A stretch of DNA of 64,000 nucleotides from Alphaproteobacteria bacterium (GTDB lineage Bacteria > Pseudomonadota > Alphaproteobacteria > UBA8317). The notes under the pieces are model-generated. The model saw only the letters and a list, made by a program, of their open reading frames with translations. It was not told the DNA's origin and did not search any database. The stretch spans positions 32,001 to 96,000 of the forward strand of contig JAYPQH010000022.1 of the NCBI GenBank assembly GCA_038131935.1, in the 5' to 3' direction. Every line of letters begins with the position of its first letter. Position 1 is the stretch's first letter. The position numbers and the translations under genes were made by a program. Positions 43,181 to 54,618 of this stretch are shown one piece after another.

Positions 43181-44827
43181 CTAGAGGAGAGGTTTTTTTG
43201 TGGCGATGTGGTGAACCCCAAAAAGCCAGGATATCAAAATAAAACTTATCAACCCGACTAAAATGCGAATACCCAAATCTATGGCATGAAGTCCAAACAT
43301 TTGGAGGGGAGGGATGACGTACAGAATAATGGACATAAAAGCGCTCGCAAGCAAAATCTGGCCAATTGTGACGATGGTTGATAGCTGCCAGTGATGGTAT
43401 CCTCGAAGGTTCATGATGACCAACATACATACCAGTTGGCACCAAGCAGCAATCGATGTGGATGCTGCAATACCAACATGTCCATAAAAAGGGAATAAAA
43501 CCAGTGACATCAAAATATTGATGACCATTGATAAGGCTGCTAACCGCATAGGTGTTTTGGTATCCAGTCGGGCAAAAAATCCTGGGGAAAACACTTTCAC
43601 CCCTACATAAGCTGGCAAACCAAAAACAAATGCTTGTAGTGCCAAAGCTGTATTTCGACTGTCCTCTGCACCAAATTGTCCATATTCAAAAAGAACTGTA
43701 ATAATAGCCAACGCGAGCGACCACAGCCCAAAAGTAGCGGGCAACGTAAAAACCATTGCCAACAACAATGAGTGATCAACCAGATCCCGCGCATCTTCAG
43801 GTTTTTTTTGTAACGATGTGGTCAGTTTGGGAAGCAAAACAACGCCAATAGCAATACCAATCAACCCCAAAGGGAATTGATAAAGACGGTCAGCGTAATA
43901 CAGATAAGCACGCCCCCCCTCTTGAAAAGACGCAATGATACCGCCGGCCATTATATTGATTTGCACCACACCTCCTGCAAGAAGACCCGGACCAAACAAT
44001 GTAAAAAACTGCCCAACGAGGGGAGACCATCGCGGCCGAACCAACCTCAGTGAAAATCGTAAACGGCTCAACCCCCAAAGCAAAAGACCAGCTTGACACA
44101 CACCTGACAAAACAATGGCATATATGAATATAACTGCTGACAACTGACGCGGGGGCAGGGGCTCAAAAGACAGAGACAATAGTGCAAAACAAGAAGTAAT
44201 TATCTGGCTGAGCCTTTCTTCTCCCACACCCAGTCCCAAGGCTAGGGCTGCGATAGCTATGACGTTAAGCAAACAAGGTGCCGCCGCTGCCAATGAAAAT
44301 TTATCAAACGAGTTCAAAATACCTGCATAAAGAGCCATAACAGACGCAAAAATCAGATATGGAAAAAGAATTCTTGCATAGCTAACAGTTAATGCAAATT
44401 TCTCCTCATCTGGGGCGTGAACAAAGGGTAAATCTAGAGAAAAAGCATCGCTAACCCAGCTTATTGTTTGGGTGGAGTAGCCTGGCGCCAATACCATTAC
44501 GATTTCAGGCATAAACATAATGGCAAAAATATTCACAGCCAACAGAATACCCAGAAGATATACCAGAATATTTTCAGCAAATAATTTTGCTGAATTTTTA
44601 CCAAAGTTCTGGAGTTGTTGCGTAAACACGGGTACAAATGCTGCATTGAATGCCCCTTCAGCAAACAACCTTCTGCACAAATTGGGGATTTGAAACGCAG
44701 CAACAAATGCATCTGCAACGGGACCAGAACCGAAGCTCATAGCTAATAGCAAATCACGTATAAACCCTAGCAATCTTGACAAAAACGTCCAAAACCCAAC
44801 GAGGGCTGAGGAGCGCCACAAACTCAA
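43181..44827 (-). CDS. murJ: Lipid II flippase
   Basis: SRLLGFIRD, PNLCRRLFAEGAF, YADRLYQFPLG and FFARLDTKTP. Confidence 0.95.
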   Translation of the reverse strand: MSLWRSSALVGFWTFLSRLLGFIRDLLLAMSFGSGPVADAFVAAFQIPNLCRRLFAEGAFNAAFVPVFTQQLQNFGKNSAKLFAENILVYLLGILLAVNIFAIMFMPEIVMVLAPGYSTQTISWVSDAFSLDLPFVHAPDEEKFALTVSYARILFPYLIFASVMALYAGILNSFDKFSLAAAAPCLLNVIAIAALALGLGVGEERLSQIITSCFALLSLSFEPLPPRQLSAVIFIYAIVLSGVCQAGLLLWGLSRLRFSLRLVRPRWSPLVGQFFTLFGPGLLAGGVVQINIMAGGIIASFQEGGRAYLYYADRLYQFPLGLIGIAIGVVLLPKLTTSLQKKPEDARDLVDHSLLLAMVFTLPATFGLWSLALAIITVLFEYGQFGAEDSRNTALALQAFVFGLPAYVGVKVFSPGFFARLDTKTPMRLAALSMVINILMSLVLFPFYGHVGIAASTSIAAWCQLVCMLVIMNLRGYHHWQLSTIVTIGQILLASAFMSIILYVIPPLQMFGLHAIDLGIRILVGLISFILISWLFGVHHIATKKPLL

Positions 44828-47550
44828 GTTACCATCCCCATTGCATTTTTTTGAAGGATATCAAGTAAAGCTTCCCGGATACGTACCATTTTTGTTTCAT
44901 TTGTTACTTTCAAACCAAAAGCATCTCTCACATAGAGAACATCTACTGCTTTTTCACCAAAAGTTGCAATTTGAGCAGAAGAAATCCGCAGATTTTGGGC
45001 AACGAGAACCCTTGAAATATCATAGAGTAACCCCAAACGATCCCGGGCTGAAACTTCAATCAGCGTGTGTGTTTGTGAGGCCTCATTATCAAGGGATACA
45101 TCAGATGCAACGGAAAATGCATCCGCCTTGGTTCTCTTTTTTCTACGATGTGCCAGCTCATCGGGGAGTATTACCGCACCATGCAAGCTATCCAAAACGG
45201 CTTGTTCCAAGCGCTTAATACGACTTGCATCATTGATGGCCTGCCCTCGCTCATCCTGGATCCACAATGTATCCAAAGCCAATCCATCCGTTGTGGTGAA
45301 AATTTTTGCATCCACAACCGACAACCCTGATAGAGCAACAGCTCCTGTTAATCTGGAAAACAAACCAGGATGATCATCTGTTAGAATACAAAACCGTGTA
45401 ATACCTCGAAATTGGTCATCCGTGGAAGAAAAAGCTATGGAGGATCCTTTGCTGTCACGTTGATTCACCAACTCTGCATGCGCTGCAATGGTGGCTTGAT
45501 CCATCGTTGTCCAATAGCTGTCATAATGCATGTTAAGAAATCGTTCTTGTACAGAAGGATATTGCTGAGCAAATTGCTCACGCGATCGATGCGCTGCATG
45601 AGACTGTCTTCGCGCCGGGTTTACGCCCGCCATAGCATCATGGGCTGACTGATAGAGTTGTCTTAGCAATTCTCCTTTCCAGCCATTCCATACACCAGGC
45701 CCAACGGCCCGGATATCCGCCACCGTGAGAACAAGCAAATAGCGTAATCGCGCTGGAGTGTGCACGATCGAAACAAAATCTGCTATTGTTTTGGGGTCAG
45801 AAAGGTCACGTCTTTGAGCTACATCTGACATGAGCAAATGGTGGCGTACCAGCCATGCCACCGTTTCCGTGTCAGCAGCACTTAGTCCAAGTCGTGGTGC
45901 CAATTTTTGCGCAATACGTGCACCAGCAATTGAATGATCTTCGTCTCTACCTTTGGCCATATCATGCAAAAACATCGCAAGATAAATCACATCACGTGAG
46001 CCCAAACGTCCTACCAACTCTGATGCCAAGGGATGTTGCTCTTTATGCAAACCTCTCTCTATTTGCGCCAGCATACCAACGGTCTGAATAAGATGCTCAT
46101 CAGCGGTGTAATGATGATACATATTGAACTGCATCATCGCGACAATTTTTCCAAAGTCAGGCAAAAATTTGCCCAAAACACCTGCTTCATTCATGCGTCT
46201 CAACGTATTTTCACAATGATCCGCATCCGTCAAAATTTTTAAAAACAATTGATTTGCGCGCTTATCTTGCCTTAGCTGTGAATTGATCAGATTCAATCTC
46301 TCCGCTAAAAGCTCTAAGGCTTTGGGATGAATGTCTGCTTGATGCACCTGGGATAAACGAAAAATTTCTATAATCGTCGTAGGATTCGTTTCAATGATTG
46401 ATGGTTTGTCGAAATCAATTCGGCCATTCACGAAACGAAATCCTTCAGCTGGTTTGGTTTGCATGGTTAAAAATGATGGCAGTAACCGCACCAAACCCGG
46501 AGCCTTTTTTTTCTGTTCTTCTTCCAAGGCTGCACATATAATTCTTGTCATATCTCCTACATCTTTGGCCGCCAAAAAATATCGCTTCATAAAGCGCTCA
46601 ACACCACGCATGGTACCGCGCTGCGCGAAACCCATGCGCTGTGCTATTTCTGGCTGAATATCAAAGCTAACCCGTTCTTCCGCGCGGCCACGACATAAAT
46701 GCAAATGAAGACGCACAGTCCATAAAAACCGCCGCGCTCGATCAAAACGACGATATGCATCACGAGATAGAACAGATTTTTTGATCAGATCTTCTGGCTC
46801 CCTTGTACCCAAACTATATTTGGCAAGCCAAAAGAGCGTATGAAGGTCCCGTAAACCACCTTTACCATCCTTCACATTTGGCTCAACAAGATAGCGGGAT
46901 CCACCATGACGCTTATGGCGCTGGTCTCGCTCTTGCAGCTTAGCCGACACAAATTCCATCGCTGTGGTTGCAAAAACTTCACGCTCCAAGCGTTTGTTAC
47001 ACTGCTCAAATAAATTCTTGTCACCATAAACAAGCCGCGATTCAAGTAATGCCGTCCGGATTGTCATATCTGATCTTGCCATAACAATCGTCTCGTCTGC
47101 AGACCGTACGGCATGACCCACTTTGAGTTTCATGTCCCAAAGTGCATAGAGCATGCTTTCAACAACCTGCTCACCCCAAGGCGTTTGTTTATATGGTGTC
47201 AAAAACAGCACATCTACATCTGAAAATGGCGCCATGGCATGCCGGCCATACCCACCTGTGGCCACAAGCGCAAAAGCCTCCGCTTTCGAGGGGTTAGGGT
47301 TACGATGGACATGCAAAGTGATGGCATCTAATAACGTTGAGATGATGTCATCCATTTGCGTTGCAAGTAAACGGGCCAGTTTCAATCCATCAGGTCGTGC
47401 GAGCATGAGACGCTCATCAACAACGTGATGGGCATTTGCCCATATTTGTTGCAACTCAGGCACAAGACTTTTGAGAAGCGAAGCCCCCTGGTTCTCAAAA
47501 TGCTTTAGTCGGATCAGAGAAAGTTGTTGGCTATCTAAGAAGTTTTTCAT
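44824..47550 (-). CDS. glnD: [Protein-PII] uridylyltransferase
   Basis: GGYGR..MAPFSDVD, EPNVKDGKGGLRD, HD domain and two ACT domains. Confidence 0.97.
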   Translation of the reverse strand: MKNFLDSQQLSLIRLKHFENQGASLLKSLVPELQQIWANAHHVVDERLMLARPDGLKLARLLATQMDDIISTLLDAITLHVHRNPNPSKAEAFALVATGGYGRHAMAPFSDVDVLFLTPYKQTPWGEQVVESMLYALWDMKLKVGHAVRSADETIVMARSDMTIRTALLESRLVYGDKNLFEQCNKRLEREVFATTAMEFVSAKLQERDQRHKRHGGSRYLVEPNVKDGKGGLRDLHTLFWLAKYSLGTREPEDLIKKSVLSRDAYRRFDRARRFLWTVRLHLHLCRGRAEERVSFDIQPEIAQRMGFAQRGTMRGVERFMKRYFLAAKDVGDMTRIICAALEEEQKKKAPGLVRLLPSFLTMQTKPAEGFRFVNGRIDFDKPSIIETNPTTIIEIFRLSQVHQADIHPKALELLAERLNLINSQLRQDKRANQLFLKILTDADHCENTLRRMNEAGVLGKFLPDFGKIVAMMQFNMYHHYTADEHLIQTVGMLAQIERGLHKEQHPLASELVGRLGSRDVIYLAMFLHDMAKGRDEDHSIAGARIAQKLAPRLGLSAADTETVAWLVRHHLLMSDVAQRRDLSDPKTIADFVSIVHTPARLRYLLVLTVADIRAVGPGVWNGWKGELLRQLYQSAHDAMAGVNPARRQSHAAHRSREQFAQQYPSVQERFLNMHYDSYWTTMDQATIAAHAELVNQRDSKGSSIAFSSTDDQFRGITRFCILTDDHPGLFSRLTGAVALSGLSVVDAKIFTTTDGLALDTLWIQDERGQAINDASRIKRLEQAVLDSLHGAVILPDELAHRRKKRTKADAFSVASDVSLDNEASQTHTLIEVSARDRLGLLYDISRVLVAQNLRISSAQIATFGEKAVDVLYVRDAFGLKVTNETKMVRIREALLDILQKNAMGMVT

Positions 47551-50211
47551 CCCTCAACACCCTCTTCTAGGTCACTCTTCAGCTGATATATTAGTTCCAA
47601 TGCCTCACGCGCGGTCATATCATCTGGCTGACAATGGTGAAGCCTATCAATTACGCCCATGTAAAGCTCCATGGAACGCGTTACATTACATGGTTTGGGC
47701 GCAATGCTTGTTTGCGAAAACAAAGGAAGGTCTTCCAAGGGATCATCGCTTTGACTTTTCGACTCTAATCTTTGCAAAACTTCTGTGGCACGTCGCAAAA
47801 CAGGTTCTGGGAGACCTGCCAATCGGGCAACTTGAATCCCATAGGACCTATCTGCGGTGCCAGCAACCACCTCATGCATAAACACCACATTGTCCTTCCA
47901 TTCTTTAACTTTGAGCGTCAAACAACCCAGACCAGAAAGTTTTTCTACCAAACGAGCCAACTCATGATAATGGGTTGCTATCAAACCTCGGCAACCATTG
48001 ACATCATGAAGATGTTCTATGCTGGCCCAAGCAAGTGACATGCCGTCATAGGTTGCCGTTCCCCGCCCTAACTCATCTAGGATAACCAAAGAACGCGGCG
48101 TCGCCTGATGTAAAATAGCAGCTGCTTCAACCATTTCCACCATGAAGGTTGAACGCCCCCTTGCAAGATCATCCGAAGCGCCAACCCTAGAAAACAGTCG
48201 ATCTACCCAGCCGATATGTGCTTTTTGTGCAGGAACAAATGCTCCGATTTGCGCAAGAATAACAATAAGAGCAGTCTGCCGAAGAAATGTAGATTTTCCT
48301 GCCATGTTGGGTCCGGTTACCAATTGCAACCGTTGCCCTTTAGATGCATCAAGTTGCGTATCATTGGGCACAAATGGATGGATATTTTCTTGGGCCAGTT
48401 GCTCTTCAACAACAGGATGACGGCCCTGAATAATCTCTAAGATAGGTTCATCACATAGAACGGGTCGAACCCAACCATGGTCATCAGCATGTCGCGCATG
48501 CGAAGCCATAACATCTATAAATGCTAAGATGTCTGCCATCGAAGACAATTCCGAGGCTTGAGTGAGCACCATATTGCTTAGTGCTTCAAAAATTTCCAAT
48601 TCCTTGGACAAAGCTTGGCCTGCTGCGTCAGCCACCTGCCTTTCAAGCTCTCCAAGTTTTGTTGTTGTATACCTCATGGCATTGGCCATGGTCTGTCTAT
48701 GAATAAAATCACTGCCAGCTTGTTGCATCGTCTCTCGATGGGTAGACGTCACTTCTATAAAATACCCAAGAATATTATTATGTTTTATTTTAAGACTTGG
48801 TATATTTAATGTTTCCCTAAAAATTCGACTCCATTCTGGCAATTATTCCCCTTGTATCATCCCGTAATGATATCAAGTGATCATAGTCTCCATCGTAACC
48901 ACTTTTCAAAAAACCCCCATCTCTTATCAAAAGGGGGGGCTCATCGATAAGTGCGCGACGCAGTTCGGTAGCCAACGTCTGAAAGGATCGAAATACATTG
49001 ATAAAATGTCCTGCATGAGGAAAGTTCAAACGCTCAAAGATGTCTGCTATCGTTGCAGCTTGCTCTATGGTGACATGGACACCCACAAGATCTCTCGGTC
49101 CTGCACGCTTAAGGGACAAACGTGATAATATTCGTGCAACATCTGACGTTCGTTGTAACAACTGCCGAATCAATCGAGATTCTTCACGTGAGCTCACAAA
49201 CAATTGCACCATTGCTTGTCGTTCATGCAACAAAGTAAGATCGCTACTGGGCTCACATATATGCTTGGCAAGAAGCCGACTTCCTGCGCTGGTCACACAT
49301 TTGTCAATCACCTGTAACAAACTGCCCTGACGTTCCCCACGCTGTGAGGTCACCAATTCCAGTGAGTGTCGTGCTGCTGCATCAATCAGCAATGTCCCTT
49401 GAGGATTCATAGCTTGCGGGGGCTGGAGGCGGTATGTGGCATCCAATTGTGTGAGGTCAACGTAACTGAGCAAAGCCCCAACCGCAGCTAAGGCCACATC
49501 TTGAAATTCACCAAAAGCATCTAATGTCAGAACGCCCAATCTCGCACACAATAAATTTTCACCCAATCTACGCCGAAACTGGGTTGACTCGACAATTCTT
49601 CTCGTAGGCGTAATTTGTGCTGTTGAGATGGCCTTCTCTAGAAAAGGATCCTCGCCTGGTGGCACCAGAAGTTCAACGGGTGAAAGGCCCGACAGCATAG
49701 CCGAGACACGAAGTTGATCCAGGTCCCCAAGACGCAACTCACCTGTCGAAATATCCACAGCAGCCAAGCCAAATTGCTTACCCTTTCTTACCAAAGCGGC
49801 AAGGTAATTGGTTTGTCCCCTTGGCAACAAGGAGTCCTCAGTAAGTGTTCCTGGTGTAACGATACGTACAACTTCACGACGTACAACCGCCTTAGAGCCT
49901 CTCTTTTTTGCATCCTCTGGATTTTCTGTTTGTTCACAAACCGCAACACGACGCCCTGTTGCAATCAAACGATGAAGATAGTTTTCTGAAGCATGAACGG
50001 GAACACCCGCCATGGGAATAGGTTCTCCCAGATGCTGTCCTCTTTTGGTAAGGGTGATATCCAGAACTTGTGATGCATAAACAGCATCTTCAAAAAACAA
50101 CTCATAAAAATCGCCCATTCGATAAAAAAGAAGACAATCATTATGGCGTTCTTTAATCTCAAGATATTGCATCATCATAGGAGTCGTTGCATGATTTCTT
50201 GAAACTGACAT
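47547..50211 (-). pseudogene. mutS: DNA mismatch repair MutS with a +1 frameshift (probable sequence error)
   Basis: N-half has TPMMMQY and [11 protein letters not shown]; C-half has TGPNMAGKST and DELGRGT. Removing one base at 48819-48823 gives [16 protein letters not shown]. Confidence 0.93.
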
Positions 50212-50440
50212 GTCATAAACTCCCTGGTTGGCCTTGTAAGGACTAACGCATAGAAAAACATTTTTCTCTTGCCCTATATAGGGTTTTTCAAGCTTAGTGG
50301 ATTAGCTATACCATCTTGTCACCTTTGCCGACAGCCAGGACTGCATATGGGTTAACAGCAAGGTCTTGTGGTAAAGGGCGTACAGGTCATATGAAAAAAC
50401 TTAAGTTCGGTCAAAAAAACTGGGAGATGAGATAACAGCC

Positions 50441-52711
50441 ATGTCTGATAATGTGAAAATTTCTGACGAAGAAGCGTTGCGCTTTCATGCACAAGGAAAG
50501 CCTGGAAAATTAGAAATTGTTCCAACCAAACCCATGGCCACCCAGCGTGATTTATCGCTTGCTTACTCACCTGGTGTTGCCGTTCCCGTACAGGCTATTG
50601 CTGACAACCCGGACCTCGCATTTGATTATACCACGAGGGGCAACACGGTAGCCGTTATTTCTAATGGTTCAGCCATTTTGGGTATGGGTGACCTGGGCGC
50701 ACTGGCTTCCAAACCGGTTATGGAAGGAAAAGCCGTCCTTTTTAAGCGGTTTGCTGATGTTGATTCAATCGATCTTGAGGTCGACACCCACGACGTTGAT
50801 GAATTTATCAATGCTGTAAAATTACTTGGACCATCTTTTGGTGGTATCAATCTAGAAGATATTAAAGCACCTGATTGCTTCATCATAGAGCAGCGACTGC
50901 GTGAACTTATGGACATTCCTGTGTTCCATGATGACCAACATGGTACGGCCATCATCGCAGCAGCTGGGTTGATCAATGCTATTCATTTGACCGGTCGAAA
51001 AATGGAAGACCTAAAAATTGTCTCGAATGGTGCTGGCGCAGCATCTATTGCTTGCGTCGAACTTATCAAAGCGATGGGGGTTCCACACGAAAATATTTTA
51101 TTGTGCGATAGGAAAGGGGTTATCTACCAAGGTCGAGAAGAGTCCATGAATCAGTGGAAATCAGCTCACGCCGTCCAAACTGAAGCCAGATCTTTGGAAG
51201 ATGCGTTGAAAGGCGCTGACGTTTTCTTGGGCTTGTCCGTTGCAGGTGCGTTAACTCCAGACATGGTCACAAGCATGGCTGAGCAGCCTATTATTTTTGC
51301 TATGGCCAATCCTATTCCAGAAATCATGCCCGAGGAAGCCAAGAAGGTGAGACCAGATGCAATCATCGCGACAGGTCGTTCGGATTATCCAAACCAAGTA
51401 AATAATGTTCTTGGCTTTCCTTATATTTTCCGTGGTGCACTAGACGTACGTGCCACAACGATCAATGAGGAAATGAAAATCGCTGCTGCAGAATCCCTAG
51501 CAAAACTTGCCCGAGAAGATGTTCCAGATGAAGTCGCCAGCGCTTATGCTGGGGCGCGACCCAAATATGGTCCAGATTATATCATTCCCGCCCCCTTCGA
51601 CCCTAGACTCATCTCTACGGTTCCTGTTGCGGTGGCTGAAGCCGCAGTAAGAACGGGCGTTGCAAGAAAAAATCTTGAGGACCGTGAACGCTATGCAACA
51701 GAACTATCCGCAAGACTAGATCCTACCGTCTCTTCATTGCAGAGCATTATTAGTAAAGTACAGCAAAATCCAAAACGGATCGTTTTCGCTGAAGGCGAAG
51801 AAGAGCAAGTTATCCGCGCAGCGTTATCGTTCAGAGATAATGGATTGGGTACCCCAATTTTGGTTGGTCGTGAGCATCGTATTCGAGAAACCATGCTTGC
51901 TGCTGGTTTGGATAGGCTTGATGGCGTTGAAATTTATAACGCGCGCGTGTCTGATAAACGTGCTGATTATGCAAATTTCTTGTACGAACGGTTACAACGG
52001 CAAGGCATGCTGATGCGGGATTGTCAGCGCTTAGTGAATACGGACCGAAATATTTTTGCAGCTTGTATGGTTGCTCAAGGCGATGCAGATGGCATGGTAA
52101 CGGGTGTCACAAGAAATACATCAGCAGTCATCAGCGATGTTTTACGTGTCATTGACCCCCTTCCTGGAAAAAAATTGATGGGTGCTACTTTGGTGGTTGC
52201 CCGCGGCCGTACATTTTTGGTGTCCGACACATTAATCCACGAGCTTCCACAAGCCCAAGACTTGGTTCACATTGCAGAAATGTCAGCACAAATGGCACGG
52301 CGTTTTGGTTTAGAACCACGCGTAGCGATGCTGGCTTACTCAAATTTTGGCCAACCTGAAGGTGAACGCTCTCGTCATGTTCGTGAAGCGGTTCGTTTGT
52401 TAGACGCAAGAAATGTGGACTTCGAGTATGAAGGTGAGATGTCGCCGTCTGTTGCGCTCGACTTTGAACTATCCAACAATAGTTACCCATTTTCGCGACT
52501 AACCGGTCCTGCCAATGTCTTGGTCATGCCCGCGATTCATTCTGCTGCTATTGGGACAAAGTTGTTGCAAAAATTGGGAGGTGCCACCTTAATTGGCCCA
52601 CTGTTGGTTGGTCTATCCAAACCTGTTCAATGCGCGCCTATGGGTGCAACAGTGTCGGATTTGGTAAACCTTGCTGCACTCACAGCCTACGAACTGAATG
52701 ATAAGGCCTGA
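50441..52711 (+). CDS. maeB: NADP-dependent malic enzyme with C-terminal PTA-like domain
   Basis: LAYSPGVA, KPVMEGK, NLEDI, HDDQHGTA, GAGAA, TGRSDYPNQVNN and VFAEGE. Confidence 0.95.
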   Translation: MSDNVKISDEEALRFHAQGKPGKLEIVPTKPMATQRDLSLAYSPGVAVPVQAIADNPDLAFDYTTRGNTVAVISNGSAILGMGDLGALASKPVMEGKAVLFKRFADVDSIDLEVDTHDVDEFINAVKLLGPSFGGINLEDIKAPDCFIIEQRLRELMDIPVFHDDQHGTAIIAAAGLINAIHLTGRKMEDLKIVSNGAGAASIACVELIKAMGVPHENILLCDRKGVIYQGREESMNQWKSAHAVQTEARSLEDALKGADVFLGLSVAGALTPDMVTSMAEQPIIFAMANPIPEIMPEEAKKVRPDAIIATGRSDYPNQVNNVLGFPYIFRGALDVRATTINEEMKIAAAESLAKLAREDVPDEVASAYAGARPKYGPDYIIPAPFDPRLISTVPVAVAEAAVRTGVARKNLEDRERYATELSARLDPTVSSLQSIISKVQQNPKRIVFAEGEEEQVIRAALSFRDNGLGTPILVGREHRIRETMLAAGLDRLDGVEIYNARVSDKRADYANFLYERLQRQGMLMRDCQRLVNTDRNIFAACMVAQGDADGMVTGVTRNTSAVISDVLRVIDPLPGKKLMGATLVVARGRTFLVSDTLIHELPQAQDLVHIAEMSAQMARRFGLEPRVAMLAYSNFGQPEGERSRHVREAVRLLDARNVDFEYEGEMSPSVALDFELSNNSYPFSRLTGPANVLVMPAIHSAAIGTKLLQKLGGATLIGPLLVGLSKPVQCAPMGATVSDLVNLAALTAYELNDKA

Positions 52712-52747
52712 CATCTTCTCTGACTTAAAAAGTAAAGATGTCAGTTT
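52708..52747 (+). terminator. Stem-loop between convergent maeB and olsB
   Basis: 10 bp stem CTGACATCTT/AAGATGTCAG followed by TTT. Confidence 0.65.
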
Positions 52748-52779
52748 ATGATGCCTAAAATGACAGTGACGTTGGGATA

Positions 52780-53577
52780 TTAACTGTCCCAACGTTCAAA
52801 ATGCTGTTGGTAGCGATCTGGCACATTTTCCATGAGTAAAATGATCAGCACATCCGTGGTATTGAACTGGTGATCCACAACGGCACCTTCACCAATGTAA
52901 CCACCCAAACGAAGGTATCCCTTAATGAGAGGAGGTAGTTGCGGAAGTGCCATCTTCATACTGACAACTTCATCCAAAATATTCATATTCACATATCGCT
53001 CAGCGATCGCTCTCGCCCGCCAGGCAGGAGGGGCTAAGCAAGATTGATGCAGAAAACTCAGAGGGAGAGCGAGGTCTTTTGGTTCCGTGCCATGCAAACT
53101 CGCGCATCCAAACAACAACCCTATATCATGATGAATGATATATTGATGGATGCCCCGCCAGAGAAGTTGAACCACGGGATTGGTTCTATAATCTGCGCGA
53201 ACACATGATCGGCCTAATTCCAGTAAACGCAAACCAGAGCGCTCAGACTCAGACACAAGCTGCGATAAATCATATTCATCCCTTGAATAAAATCCACCAT
53301 GCTGCTCAGCAATTTCACCCCTAAGAAGTCGGTACGTACCTACAACCCCATCTCCATCTAAGTCTGCATCAAGTACCAGCAAATGATCACAAATTTCGTC
53401 ATATGGATCCCGATCCAGCCGAGAAGACGCAGCGTCCAGATCTGCTTTTGCTGCCATTTCCTCATAAAAAACCTCATAGCGAAGTCTTTGAGCTGCACGA
53501 ACTTCGTTCACGTCTCGAGCCAAACGAACCGTCAAACTACCCAGTGATGCGGAAACTAGGTCATTTTTCTCATTCAT
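52780..53577 (-). CDS. olsB: Ornithine-acyl-ACP N-acyltransferase (GNAT_5), OlsB-like
   Basis: AQRLRYEVFYEE, DPYDEICDHL, VGTYR, ELGRSCV..YR, LFGCAS and LPPLIKGYLRLG. Confidence 0.85.
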   Translation of the reverse strand: MNEKNDLVSASLGSLTVRLARDVNEVRAAQRLRYEVFYEEMAAKADLDAASSRLDRDPYDEICDHLLVLDADLDGDGVVGTYRLLRGEIAEQHGGFYSRDEYDLSQLVSESERSGLRLLELGRSCVRADYRTNPVVQLLWRGIHQYIIHHDIGLLFGCASLHGTEPKDLALPLSFLHQSCLAPPAWRARAIAERYVNMNILDEVVSMKMALPQLPPLIKGYLRLGGYIGEGAVVDHQFNTTDVLIILLMENVPDRYQQHFERWDS

Positions 53578-53651
53578 GGTCGCTACATTTCTTTCTCATC
53601 AAGCCAACAAGTCCTCAAAGCCCGCATTGATTATCATTGTTTTCTAACCAA

Positions 53652-54601
53652 TTACCCAGCATGTTTCTCACCATGGCGCACCACAATTTTATCCCAGATC
53701 ATTGCAGCAGAATTTATTTCATCAAAACGGTCAAGCTCTTGCAAACCAGTCGGTGAAGTCACATTAATTTCTGTGATAAAATGTCCTATCACATCAATAC
53801 CAACAAACACGAGGCCTTGCTGACGCAATAGAGGACCAATGGCCGCACAAATTTCTAAATCTCTCTCGGTCAACTGTACTTTTTCAGCGCGACCACCAAC
53901 ATGCATATTTGAACGAGCCTCTCCTGGCTGTGGTACGCGATTGATTGCGCCAATAACTTCTCCATCCGCCAAAATGATACGTTTATCACCTTGTACAACG
54001 TCCGGGAGGTATTGCTGGACCATAAGTGATTCGCGCGATTGTTGAAAAAACAACTCCAGAAGACTTGATAGGTTTGGGTCCTGAGGACTTATCTTAAAAA
54101 CACCTGCACCACCGTTGCCAAACAATGGTTTGACAATAATATCACCGAATTCTCTTCTAAATGCTCTGATATCATCTATGTTTCGGGTTACCAATGTTGG
54201 TGGCATAAGCTCAGGGTAATGTAATACCAACAATTTTTCCGGTGCATTACGCACTGCTACAGGATCGTTTACCACCAATACCTTATCGGTTACATGCTCT
54301 AGCAAATGTGTGGTGGTGATATATGACATATCAAAGGCGGATCTTGTCGAAGTAAAATAACATCAAAACCGTCTAAAGCGAGTGTTTGGGTTGCGCCAAG
54401 TCGAGCATGCTGCGGTCCTTCCAAAACCTCAACCTCCTGGCCATGGGCAGATAATACACCATCTCTTAGACATAAATCATCTGGATGATAATGAAACAAA
54501 TCAAAACCGCGTGATTGTGCCTCTCGCATTAAAGCAAATGTCGAGTCACCCTTGGGATCAATATGCATGATAGGATCCATTTGTACGGCAATCTTCAACA
54601 T
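53652..54601 (-). pseudogene. gshB: Glutathione synthetase with a -1 frameshift (probable sequence error)
   Basis: QMDP, RQDPP|FDMSYI (one base missing near 54333-54335), [21 protein letters not shown] and EINVTSPTG. Confidence 0.93.
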
Positions 54602-54618
54602 ATTTTGTCCTCTCAGGA

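Noticed and set aside
50315-50386. Assigning the maeB upstream hairpin to SRP RNA or 6S RNA
   Set aside because: It lacks the SRP GGAA tetraloop/AGCAG helix-8 arrangement, and it is too short and in the wrong context for 6S.
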